Source: Hydrurus foetidus
Lineage: Eukaryota
DNA length: 40,859 nt
Assembly (NCBI GenBank): GCA_900617105.1
Contig: UYFQ01000458.1
Coordinates: 1 to 40,859, forward strand
Reading direction: 5' to 3'
Every line of letters begins with the position of its first letter. Within the stretch, counting starts at the first letter, position 1. The notes below the pieces were generated by a model that saw only the letters and a list, made by a program, of their open reading frames with translations, made no database searches and had not been told where the DNA came from. Positions 20,791-30,946 of this stretch are shown in pieces. The translations under genes were made by a program, and so were the position numbers.

Positions 20791-22204
20791 ATGTTTGCAC
20801 AGGGAGGGATAATTCTCTAGTAGAACACGTCCCATTTAAAAAGGTTGCACTTCTATTAGAATTGCGACCGGAAGTGCCAGTCTTCCTAATAGCTCTCGTA
20901 TGTATGATGCTGCAGTACTCATCGCTACAGGATTCGAGAGAAGTGCTCTCTGAGTTGCGACGGGAGGTGATAATCTTTCCATTCGCTCTCTTATGTCTGA
21001 TGTTACAGTGCTCGTCGCTACAGAATTCGAGGGAAGTGCTCTCCGAGTTGCGGCGGGAGGTGATAATCTTTCCATTCGCTCTCTTATGAATGATGCTACA
21101 GTGCTCATCGCTGCAGGATTCGAGGGAAGTGCTCGCCGAGTTGCGGGGGGAGGTGCTGGTATGCTTACTAGCTTTCGCAGGGATAAAGCTGCAGTACTCA
21201 CTGCTCGAGAAGTCATCGGAAGTGCTCTCCGAGTTGTGACGGGAGTTGATAATCTTTCCATTCGCTCTCTTATGTCTGATGTTACAGTGCTCGTCGCTAC
21301 GGAATTCGAGGGAAGTGCTCTCCGAGTTGCGGCGGGAGGTGATAATCTTTCCATTCGCTCTCTTATGAATGATGCTACAGTGCTCATCGCTGCAGGATTC
21401 GAGAGAAGTGCTCGCCGAGTTGCGGGGGGAGGTGCTGGTATGCTTACTAGCTTTCGCAGGGATAAAGCTGCAGTACTCACTGCTCAAGAAGTCATCGGAA
21501 GTGCTCTCTGAGTTGCGACGGGAGTTGATAATCTTTCCATTCGCTCTCTTATGTCTGATGTTACAGTGCTCGTCGCTACAGGATTCGAGGGAAGTGCTCT
21601 CCGAGTTGCGGCGGGAGGTGATAATCTTTCCATTCGCTCTCTTATGAATGATGCTACAGTGCTCATCGCTGCAGGATTCGAGAGAAGTGCTCGCCGAGTT
21701 GCGGGGGGAGGTGCTGGTATGCTTACTAGCTTTCGCAGGGATAAAGCTGCAGTACTCACTGCTCGAGAAGTCATCGGAAGTGCTCTCCGAGTTGTGACGG
21801 GAGTTGATAATCTTCCTTTCAGCTCTCATTGGAAAACTACCGCAACTTGCAATGCTAGATTCAGAATCACTATGACTGTTGCCATCTGTCCAGCAGGTCG
21901 AGTTTCGGTCCACTAGTTCTATGCCGCTATTCCAGTAGCTATTCTTAGTTCCCGGTTTCTCGAAATTGCCTGGGGAGTGGTCAGCGATGAGGGTGCCATC
22001 CTCGTCGTGCGTTCTCGCGAAAGTGTCTGGGCATTCGCCATCATTCGCGCTTGCGCCTGATTCCTCAATCACAAAATATTCGTCAGCCCCACAATGCTGT
22101 TTGATACTGTTTGTCTCGTGGCTGATAGCTGTCCGATTTCCGTGGCCACTTCCAAGAAAATCAGGTGGATGAAGACGTGACAACCACGATGAAGAATCTT
22201 CCAT
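18479..22204 (-). CDS. P1B-type heavy-metal ATPase, copy B (1241 aa from the ATG at 22204)
   Basis: Same CCAGEE, TGES, CPC, DKTGT and GDGIND motifs. The first ATG (MEDSS...) aligns with the copy A start; the ORF-track start at 22213 is GTG. Confidence 0.93.
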   Translation of the reverse strand: MEDSSSWLSRLHPPDFLGSGHGNRTAISHETNSIKQHCGADEYFVIEESGASANDGECPDTFARTHDEDGTLIADHSPGNFEKPGTKNSYWNSGIELVDRNSTCWTDGNSHSDSESSIASCGSFPMRAERKIINSRHNSESTSDDFSSSEYCSFIPAKASKHTSTSPRNSASTSLESCSDEHCSIIHKRANGKIITSRRNSESTSLESCSDEHCNIRHKRANGKIINSRRNSESTSDDFLSSEYCSFIPAKASKHTSTSPRNSASTSLESCSDEHCSIIHKRANGKIITSRRNSESTSLEFRSDEHCNIRHKRANGKIINSRHNSESTSDDFSSSEYCSFIPAKASKHTSTSPRNSASTSLESCSDEHCSIIHKRANGKIITSRRNSESTSLEFCSDEHCNIRHKRANGKIITSRRNSESTSLESCSDEYCSIIHTRAIRKTGTSGRNSNRSATFLNGTCSTRELSLPVQTSNSNVGAYAILVNDDEDDGDDKNKCDGCDPSSKIPHAITVSRFRVANLCCAGEEKIIRTCLQDMHGVENVAVNIIGRYIVIKHCNVECCAPGSKIVDVLNAKHMGASLQEAAGNEDGEKEGYDWVRIAHVAIVLAVFAFGVILQYMMTVNQASTVTYLVSTALGMPPILYASYITILRKTVSVHILMTITIAGAIAGSEYFDASLVVVLFILAELIESIAMMKVRQAINASSTSMAKEAYLSSGKKVKIEDLKVGDVLAVRAGEMILGDGIVIKGEGVVDESALTGESVPVVKKRGGAVLSGTVVQNGFMEVELNVDFLNCTMTRLNQEVADVQADRGEYAMIMDRFSLYWTPGVIVGTLIFVLVGGGVTKDWMNYVYRGLVLLVLACPCAIVIAAPIPSVCAIAAAAKNGVLIRGSSVVERMSAINTIALDKTGTLTKGFFKVGRRMVLDSSSDADPMRLAAAIEQKSTHPLAHAVVSAYVGCVADMIESDVQMPNVHKIVVEDGVGVSGWVETEVDFWQHVSIGNERLLKANGGKVVVSPEQDALMADFNKQSDGQVVLTVAIDNKAALMLSLSDELRHEATDFVTCMVQLKMTVSMLTGDQEQVAIDVCKQVGIPLSECNFRLLPREKLEWIEFKQNTTSNKKKNRVLMVGDGINDSIALTAADVGVAMGAGGSAMAVASADMILMTDNLLLIPEAVQLCRLACNVVVQNFAFAIVVKIVAIILALVGSLHFWQAVLVDMGTLLFVIGNGIRPLFYGDFTSTNRKKL
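20885..21814 (-). repeat. Coding tandem repeat, 93 bp (31 aa) x10, arranged as a 279-bp trimer x3 plus one unit, in HMA copy B
   Basis: Units KIINSRHNSESTSDDFSSSEYCSFIPAKASK / HTSTSPRNSASTSLESCSDEHCSIIHKRANG / KIITSRRNSESTSLESCSDEHCNIRHKRANG repeated abc-abc-abc-d. Confidence 0.95.
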
Positions 22205-22425
22205 GACTGTCACGATCCCCGCTCAGAGGTTGACTCTGAGCCTGTTGATAGGTCAGATATCAGAGCAGTGGGGTTGCATAGCCACGGTAGATCAGGATGG
22301 ATAATGGGTCGGACAGTTGAAGGAGCAGTTGAAGTGGCAAGTAACGAAGTATTATATGTCCGTAGCTAGGGGTAGTTATACCAACTTCGTTCTCACTTCG
22401 ATTCAGGAAACCGTACTGCAGTAAC

Positions 22426-22816
22426 TGTTGGATATAGCATAGCTATCCCTACGGGGACGATCACCTTGGGGGAAATCCCTTTGGGGTAATATCATCTAAG
22501 CCCAAGCGGAGGAGCGAGGGTAGCGTTTTCAGACTCAAGACCATCACTCGAACTATACTGAAAGTTGCAACTGATGATGACTGTGAACAGTCAACTATAG
22601 CTAGTATAGCTAGCCATGAACTGCTTTGTTTTGACATGATGAGCACTTCTAATTAAAAGAGACTATATGGCTGTGAGCCATTATACCTACACTTGAGTGA
22701 GCTGTTGGAACGACTTGGTCGACTAGCTGAAAGCAAAGTGTGTTCTGAACGAACCACTGCTATCAACCAGGTGCTCTGACTGGATCCAGGATCCAAAAGG
22801 CAGACTTATTCCAAGA
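22426..22816 (+). repeat. 5' LTR of Copia-1 (TGTTGG...CCAAGA)
   Basis: Direct repeat of 27912-28302. Confidence 0.97.
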
Positions 22817-22827
22817 TAATTAGAAGT
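22817..22827 (+). promoter_or_regulatory. Non-tRNA primer-binding site TAATTAGAAGT, putative self-priming partner of LTR 22645-22655
   Basis: Abuts the LTR end, has no TGG, and is the exact reverse complement of ACTTCTAATTA inside the LTR. Confidence 0.75.
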
Positions 22828-22842
22828 CGTGAGCTGCTCAGA

Positions 22843-25800
22843 ATGAGCAAGCAAGGCGAGAAGGGCGCTGCCCAATCCAAATCTGAGAAGGCCGAAAAAC
22901 CACGCCTGGAGATGGTGTGAGGCCAGAGAGTCTCCCTGAGATCACTCACAACGGGTGGAAAGAATGGGACGATAACATTCAGAGACTGAAAGAGTACATG
23001 AGAGTCAACTTTCAGGATCTCGAGTCGATCTGTCCCGACCCTATGATGCTGACCCTAAAACCGGCCTACGAGGTGTACCTATTTTCGGAACCAGACTTCA
23101 CTGCATTGGAGGCGTTGGACGAAATCACTGATCCAAAAGGATTTCGAGCCAAGTTAATAATGGCAGACCTGAATAACGACAGAGCGGTCGTGACAAAGAT
23201 GAGGAGAAAGCAAATGGAGGACCGTAGATCAGCTTATCGACTGATTCGATCGATGTGTTCACCATCACTCAATGCAATTCTGGTAGTGGAGGCAAACTTC
23301 ATCGCTGTCAAATTTGACGACCCACTTGGACTACTTGATGTAATCAAGTCAGTAGTCACATCAAGATGTGATGGGAATCAGGAATTAGAGCGGTCCCAGG
23401 CCCTACGGGATTGGTATACACTCACCATGAGTACGGGCGAAGACATCGTAACGTACGGACGTCGTGCGGTGAAGCTTTTGATCGACTCGCTGCAACAGGA
23501 GTTCCAGCAGCACAAATTCCAGATGCAAAACAACAATCTATGAGGTTCATTGATGGTCTGAGTAGTACCGTGCAGGTCTACCACGACTACAAAAACTACC
23601 TCAGTAATTCCCTGGAGTGCACCGCAATTGACATCTATCCGAAGACTCTGGTGGAGGCAATTAATGGAGCAACTAGATTCCATCGTGGGACAAAGGGTAG
23701 CGCATTGCAATCAGCGATAGTGACCCCCATACGGCACTTGCAGCGAAGAACCCCGTCAAACCGGGTGGGTCCCCAAAGGGAGAGAAATCACCCGTCAAAG
23801 AAAAAGCCAAGAAAATTAACCCAGCGAAAATCAAGGAACCTAAAGTCACGTTTGCTAAAGATGTGAAGGAGGGTAAATTCAGTGGAACGTGTTACCACTG
23901 TGGAAAGGCTGGGCATCGTGCTAGTGAGTGCAGAAAGAAGGCCGCTGGAGAGCCCCTTCAGCCCCACAAATATCATATTTGGCCAGGAGACAAACTGACG
24001 GAGTTGACCCCAGTGCTTCAGATGATGTCTACACTGCTTTTGGCCAAATGTGGGATCAAGAGGATGACAAGAATCAATATGGCGAAAGGAACTGTAGTGT
24101 GTGCTACACCACCTCACCGGTGAAACTCGCAACCCTCGGTCCTCGGACCGATTTTTCCGCCAACCGTAACATCAATCAACGAAGTACATCGGAGGCCATC
24201 TTCGACACAGGAGCTACAGGCACCATCATCACATGTGCAGATGTGCTGAGTAACATTGTGACATGCACTCCAACTGTATTCAATGGCTTGCATGGTTCTC
24301 TCACTGTAACTAAAACAGCAAACCTTCGCGACATTGGCATCGTTCACTTCGACCCACGTGCTGGACTCTCCATCATCTCGGCATCGGATTGTCTGCTGCA
24401 AGGACACAACTGGGAGTTTCGCCAGGGTTCTACAATAGATCAAGATGCATTTTTGCTTCATACTGATCAGAATACCTACAAATTTCAACATCGTGGAGGG
24501 CTATATGTCAACGATTTGGCAACGCCTCCAGAGCCGAGATATTCTGACGCCGCAGAGCGCAGAACTGCATATGCTCACTCCGTGGTGATAGAAACATCAT
24601 CTATGAACATATTATACTCTACAAAACTTGCCACAACGGAAGCCAACGAAGCCAAATTCTCGAAACGCGAAGTTCAGAGAAGCATCGATGCACGCCGTTT
24701 GCAAGCGAGTTTGGGATTCCCACCAGATCAGAAATTCATTTCTGCGTTGAGAGCTGGGACATTTCTAAACTGCGACATCTTACCTGAAGATGTCACGCGT
24801 GCCACAGAAATTTGGGGAGCAAACGCTGCTGCACTCAAAGGACGCACTACCAGGCTGAGGCCTATGACGCCACCTCAACTACCTACGACGGCCCGTCACT
24901 TCGACGACCAACACATGCATTGCGATATCATGTTTGTAAATCGACAGCCCTACTTAGTATCGATTACTCACCCATTGGGAATCGTTTTGGTAGCATGCAC
25001 TGAAAACCTCACGACACCGGTACTCAGGCAGAGTATCAGGCGCATGTTCGGTACCATCGGGTCCCGACGCATTTCCATCGTGAAATTTACAAGTGATAAT
25101 GAACGTGGCATTGCGGCACTAGTAAATGACATGAATGCCATGGGAGTAGAGGTGATTGCCGTTGGTCCAGGGCAACACGATCATGTTATTGAAAGAATGA
25201 TCAGGCACTTAAAGGAGACCATCCGGTGTACCATCTTCATTCTACCATACTTGCTACCGGATATACTCATCCCTCACCTTGTGATGAGCTCGGCGAAGAA
25301 GCTTTTGCTCTTTCCCTCATCAACAAGAACAGATAGGATTTCTCCTTTCAAAGCATTCTTCGGCAGAAAGGCTGACACGAAAAAGATATCGGACCTCCAT
25401 GCGGCTCATACTGCCAAGTCACCGGCAGGGTGCTTAGCAACAGCATGGATCCACGAACCATTGGATGCCTATACCTAGAGCCAAAGATGAATGGAACAGG
25501 TACTCATACCTTCATGCGCATTGACACAAGGAGTGTCATATCAGCCAACCACTACGTGGTGTTACCGATACCTCCGCTCGTCATTACCACTGTAAACGGG
25601 TGGGCATCGAAGAATAAAATACACACATCAAAAGAACCAACATTCACATTCCATGATAGAGACATCACTGGAGATGCAGTTGATGATGTGGTCATAATGG
25701 ATACACCTTCAGATGAGGAGCCTACTATCCAGTTCCGACACACACCTCCAATTTTACCGGTGTTCCCGGATGAGACCGACACGCTTGATACCGTGATGGA

Positions 25801-27747
25801 ACCTCAAATTACTCAAGACCAAATTGCGATTCGGGGTGAAATGGAATCAGCGGTCGACACAAACCATACCATCCCAGCTTCTGACGAAGTATCCGGACCA
25901 GAAACTACATTTGAAGCAGTACCGGAGGAGCAACCAGCGGCACCACCTACTACCACTGTGCGTACGTACGTACCCAGTGCACCTGTTGAAATGCGCCAGA
26001 AATCAACGAGAACCAGAAAACCACCAGACCGACTCAACTTAGTAGCCGACAAACTACCTATTCCAACGCAGAAAGAAGGAATTAGGGGTGAGTGGTCATT
26101 TATGACGGTTACTCGGGCACTGAAACTTTTTCCGGACAAGGCTACTGCAGCAATTGAGTCAGAGGTCAAATCACTACTTGCAAAGGGGACATTTTCGGGG
26201 GTGCACATGGAACAACTGTCGCCTACACAGAAGCAGAAGATACTGCGTTCAAACATGAATGTTGTGGAGAAATACCTTCCAACGGTAAACTCTGATGGTG
26301 ATCGCCAAATCGACAAGGTCAAGGCGCGGTTCTGTGTGGACGGGCGTGCTCAAGTTAGAGAGGACTATGCACCAGATGAAGTTGAATCACCAACAGCGAG
26401 CATAGCTGCCATCTTTACAGTTGCACAGATTGCTGCTGTAGAAAACCGTTTCGTCATGGTCGGGGACGTTGGGTCCGCATACCTCAACGCTGATATGCCG
26501 ATGGAAAAACCGGATAAAATACTCCATATGTATATTGATAAGAATGTGGCCGACGCAATCATCAAACAAGACATCTCTTTCTTACGTTACAGAAGACACA
26601 ATGGAGGCCTAGTAGTGAGACTAGACAAAGCACTTTACGGGTGTATCGAGTCCGCCAAACTCTGGTATAACGAAATAGCCGGAACTTTACGGTCCAATGG
26701 TTTCACGGCTAACCCGCGCGATATTTGTGTCTTTAATAAGGACGTCAAAGGCAACCAATTCACGATCCTAGTCTACGTAGATGACTTAAAGATGACGTGT
26801 GTGGACAAGAAAGCGGTTCTTGACATGGAGCAAATTTTGCTGAGAACGTACGGTCAATTTCGTACCACTCAAGAGCGAGTTCTACCGTACCTAGGATGCA
26901 TGTGGGATTACAATGAGCCAGGATTTGTGAACGTCACGCAGATTGGAATGATTCAAGATCTGATCTCATCAAGGGAAAAGAGCCATGCTGAACGAGGTAT
27001 GAAGCTCATCGGGAACCCATCATCACCGGGTGCCCCACACCTATTTGAGCGGACCTTGGACTGCGAATTCCTAAGTGAGAAAGATGCTAAAACCTTCCAT
27101 ACCGACGTTGCTACAGCACTCTACCTGGGGAACCGAACTCGCCCAGACATTGTATTAGTGTTGGGTGAACTTTGCAAACGTGTAAAGGCACCAACAATTG
27201 AAGACGACAAGAAACTCGATAGGCTCATATGCTATCTGAGGGCTACCCGAGACAAGCCATTACGACTGGGGTGTACTTTGCCCCGACAGTAACAGTATCC
27301 ATTGATGCTGCATTTGCCAACCGTGATTTGATGAAATCAACCTCAGGAATGTGTGTCACATTAGGGGTGGGGAATTTCATTTCGAGTTCCAAGGTCCAGA
27401 AGCTAAATTCCAAGTCAAGTACAGAGTCTGAGATCATTGCAGTATCTGACGGCATGAACATTCCGCTCTGGCTTGCAGGATTTATTGCTTACCAAGGACA
27501 CGGCAAGATTCCAGTGAGGCTGGAACAAGACAATCAATCATGCATCACGCTGCTTACAAAAGGTCGGTCTACCGCAGAAACCACCCGGTTCATTGAGGTG
27601 CGAAAATTCTGGATATCAGACTACATCCGCATCGGTGCTGTAAACATTGTCTACGTTCCAACCGAGGATATGACGTCTGATTACTTCACAAAACCATTGC
27701 AAGGAACAGTTTTTTCCAAGATGGTGAAGAAAATTTTAGGAAATTAA
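22843..27747 (+). pseudogene. Copia gag-pol split by ~6 frameshifts in this sequence
   Basis: Zinc knuckle CYHCGKAGHRASEC, protease IFDTGAT, integrase HCD/SDNE/IER, RT GDVGSAYL...LDKALYG...YVDD, RNase H IDAAF...SSTESE...QDNQS...SDYFTKPL, spread over ORFs 22917, 23411, 23863, 23928, 25430 and 27229. Confidence 0.92.
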
Positions 27748-27911
27748 GTACTTCACATTATTGACTTACAGTTGAGCTATTTTTTCAAATTTTTATTAGC
27801 AACAAAACTTGTCTGATCACTATAGCTTACGATAGATACAAACATGATTTGTGTTACATTTTCACGAGGAAATACAAATGTACCGCCTGAATGCTTATGA
27901 CATTAGGGGTG

Positions 27912-28302
27912 TGTTGGATATAGCATAGCTATCCCTACGGGGACGATCCCCTTGGGGGAAATCCCTTTGGGGTAATATCATCTAAGCCCAAGCGGAGGAG
28001 CGAGGGTAGCGTTTTCAGACTCAAGACCATCACTCGAACTGTACTGAAAGTTGCAACTGATGATGACTGTGAACAGCCAACTGTAGCTAGTATAGCTAGC
28101 CATGAACTGCTTTGTTTTGACATGATGAGCACTTCTAATTAAAAGAGACTATATGGCTGTGAGCCATTATACCTACACTTGAGTGAGCTGTTGGAACGAC
28201 TTGGTCGACTAGCTGAAAGCAAAGTGTGTTCTGAACGAACCACTGCTATCGACCAGGTGCTCTGACTGGATCCAGGATCCAAAAGGCAGACTTATTCCAA
28301 GA
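27912..28302 (+). repeat. 3' LTR of Copia-1
   Basis: Preceded by PPT AGGGGTG and followed by TSD GTAAC. Confidence 0.97.
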
Positions 28303-28361
28303 GTAACTCCCGGATCTTCATATGTTTCCTCCTTATTTTCTTCACGGCTTTTCCACCCCCT

Positions 28362-30935
28362 TCAAAATAATTGTTTCTTTATCCACCTGGCATCCATATT
28401 AATGGCGTTTCCATACAGGATTTGTGCCGGTGAAATTTTTGTTCTATCATTAATTGTTGTATTTAACATACGTTGAACAAATGGTAGAATTTCTTGGTAA
28501 TTTTCTGTTGTTGCTCTGTCATACGTATATGCTCGAATACGCCGGTTAACCTCCTTATTCATTCTTTCCACAATTGAATTATGTTCTGAAGAATAGGCGA
28601 GAATTTTCTCGTGGACTGTGCTTGCGAGTTTTGTAAATTCTTCAATAACGTGGTTGGCAAAGTGAGGGCCGTTGTCAGATCTAAGGAATCTTGGAGATCT
28701 GTATCTACCGACGTGTTCCACTAATGCTGTGCATGCCGCCTGAGCGGTAGCATCTCTTGTTGCGTATAATTCGACGAATCGTGTAAATGTGTCAATCATG
28801 ACTAGAATGTATCCTTTATCAGGAAATGGTCCAATGAAATCTGTGTTGAGACATTCCATTGGTTTGTATGTTGAAGTAGTATCTTTGTAAGAGTTGACTG
28901 GTACTTTTACCGCAGACATCTTTTGGCAACAAGGGCAATTTTTGATGAAAGTTTTTACTGCTTCTTTCATGCCCGGCCACACTTTCTTCTTTGTTTTTAA
29001 GTTCCGTAACGTACGTTGTACACCACCATGTCCGACCGTTGCGTTGTGACAACTACCAATGAGTTCATATTGCTCATTTGTCGTTAATTGTTTAACATGT
29101 AATGATGACATCAGTCCGGATTTCTTTTCCATTCTGTTTAAACATAGGCGTGACATCGCGTCTGCAATGTCGTTTTCTCTACCTGGTACATAGCCTATCG
29201 TATAATCCAATTCCTGCAGGGCGACTCGCCATCTGCCAACCATTTCATTCTTGTCTTTTTCAATAAAGGTAAGATTCTTATGGTCCGTGAGAATTGTAAA
29301 TCTACGATCTCGTAGTAGTGCGTCGAGGTAAGTACAACAATAATAGAGCGCGAAGGCTTCTTTTTGTATTGTTGACCACTTCAGTTGTGTCTTGGTAAGA
29401 GACTTACTTACGAGAGCGACGAGTTGTTTCTTCTCGTCGACTTCCTGATACAAGTAACCTCCAATACCGTAATCTGACGCATCAGTCATTAAGGTTATTG
29501 GGGCTGTATCGTGTATGAAATATAGCAAGGGACTCTCCGCAATTCGTTGCTTAATCATATAGAATGCATCGGCTGCTTCGTCAGTCCATATTAGCAATGT
29601 TTGCTTTTTGGATGCGTGCAGGATCATCTTTTGTAAAGGAGCGACTACGTTTGAGTGGTTCGGTACATGATCCCTAAAATAATTCGTGAGTCCGAGAAAC
29701 GACCTCATTTCTGTCGTCTTTCTTGGCATCGGAAAGTCGGTCACGCCTTTTATCTTTTTGGAACTCATAGTTATACCTTCCTTTGATATTTCTTTACCGA
29801 CATATTCCACTTTTTTCATACCAAGTTTTAACTTAGCTGCTTTAAGTGAAATATTCTTTTCTTCTAAACGTTGAAATATTGTTTCCAATCGTTCACAGAA
29901 TTGTAAGTGTCCTGTTGCGTACACTATGATGTCGTCAAGGTACACCTCACAAATGAAGTAGATAAGACCTATTAAGACTATTGACGCCATCATTTCTTGA
30001 AAATATGATGGTGCACGTTTAGGTCCAAACGGAAGTCTTGTGAAGTGATATATGCCCATGAATGTAATGAAGGCTGTATAAATTCTTGTGCTCATTGTGA
30101 TTGGCGCCTGGTGGTAGCCTGCTGTGAGGTCAATCACACCAAAGGTATCTGCTTTTGCAGCCCCAAGACGTCCTAACATGAGTCTTATATTTGGTATTGG
30201 CCAACTTGCAGATTCCGTAGCTTCGTTGAGTCCACGGTAATCAATACAAAATCGGAAGGTACCATCCGGTTTGGGTGCCAGGATTACTTGAGAATAATGC
30301 GATGCATTTGACTTTACTATTATACCACTTTTGAGCATAGTTGTCACTAGCTCTCGTATAACTGTTTGTCGTTTTGTAGACTGTATGCGTGATGCATGTC
30401 TGTTTTTGGGAACCTTCCATTGTTTCTCCATTACGGGAAGATCAAATGGTGGTATTCTTGCCGGTTCTGGTCCAAGTTCATTTTTGAACAGGACTATGTG
30501 TTTTACACATATTTCTCGAATCCGTGCAATTTCCTCATGAGTACCTTCAATGTGAATGAGGTCTATGATATCCGTGGATGTGTGCGTTGAGAGCATAAAA
30601 GGAGCGAATGTGTCCTTTGACTTGTAGTCAATTTCTTCCGGACCGAAAGGTTGAGCCTCAGGGAGATATTCCTTCTCCCTAAGTAGAGCCGCGACAAAGC
30701 CATATGTTTGGGGTGGAGTTATGGAAGGGGAGATTTGGATAGCTACTTCCTTTTCTCTGTCGAGCGTGAGCTCTAAACCATCTTGTCGAGGAGAAGTCAA
30801 GTGGGTTGTTGACTTCTCACATACTTGCAAGACGGACCCGTCTTGAACAGGGTCGGTAGCGGCCGCTACTCGAATCTGCGAACACCCATATGTCGATGTG
30901 CAATTCTTATGTGTACAAGCACCTCCAGACACCAT
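28362..30935 (-). CDS. Gypsy pol: reverse transcriptase, RNase H, integrase (C-terminally truncated)
   Basis: RFCIDYRGLN, DLTAGYHQ, LPFG, YLDD; TDASDYGIG, TDHKNL, ADAMSR; HNATVGH...CPCC; NTDF/SDNG/VERMN. Confidence 0.93.
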   Translation of the reverse strand: MVSGGACTHKNCTSTYGCSQIRVAAATDPVQDGSVLQVCEKSTTHLTSPRQDGLELTLDREKEVAIQISPSITPPQTYGFVAALLREKEYLPEAQPFGPEEIDYKSKDTFAPFMLSTHTSTDIIDLIHIEGTHEEIARIREICVKHIVLFKNELGPEPARIPPFDLPVMEKQWKVPKNRHASRIQSTKRQTVIRELVTTMLKSGIIVKSNASHYSQVILAPKPDGTFRFCIDYRGLNEATESASWPIPNIRLMLGRLGAAKADTFGVIDLTAGYHQAPITMSTRIYTAFITFMGIYHFTRLPFGPKRAPSYFQEMMASIVLIGLIYFICEVYLDDIIVYATGHLQFCERLETIFQRLEEKNISLKAAKLKLGMKKVEYVGKEISKEGITMSSKKIKGVTDFPMPRKTTEMRSFLGLTNYFRDHVPNHSNVVAPLQKMILHASKKQTLLIWTDEAADAFYMIKQRIAESPLLYFIHDTAPITLMTDASDYGIGGYLYQEVDEKKQLVALVSKSLTKTQLKWSTIQKEAFALYYCCTYLDALLRDRRFTILTDHKNLTFIEKDKNEMVGRWRVALQELDYTIGYVPGRENDIADAMSRLCLNRMEKKSGLMSSLHVKQLTTNEQYELIGSCHNATVGHGGVQRTLRNLKTKKKVWPGMKEAVKTFIKNCPCCQKMSAVKVPVNSYKDTTSTYKPMECLNTDFIGPFPDKGYILVMIDTFTRFVELYATRDATAQAACTALVEHVGRYRSPRFLRSDNGPHFANHVIEEFTKLASTVHEKILAYSSEHNSIVERMNKEVNRRIRAYTYDRATTENYQEILPFVQRMLNTTINDRTKISPAQILYGNAINMDARWIKKQLF

Positions 30936-30946
30936 GTCACCTTGCC

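Larger units (their letters stand above)
22426..28302 (+). mobile_element. Full-length Ty1/Copia LTR retrotransposon (5877 bp)
   Basis: 391-bp LTRs differing by 5 substitutions (by eye); 5-bp TSD GTAAC at 22421-22425 and 28303-28307; gag-PR-IN-RT-RH domain order; PPT at 27905-27911. Confidence 0.97.

Noticed and set aside
14201..21916. Many alternative-frame and antisense ORFs over the two ATPases
   Set aside because: Shadows of GC-rich coding sequence and repeats; they occur twice only because the gene is duplicated.
5060..22204. ATPase genes as cargo of the Harbinger
   Set aside because: Both TIR pairs and TSDs close at or before 13284, so the ATPases lie outside the element.
22461..22646. 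Antisense ORF present in both Copia LTRs (also 27935-28132)
   Set aside because: Short, non-ATG start in the track, and conserved only because the LTRs are duplicates.
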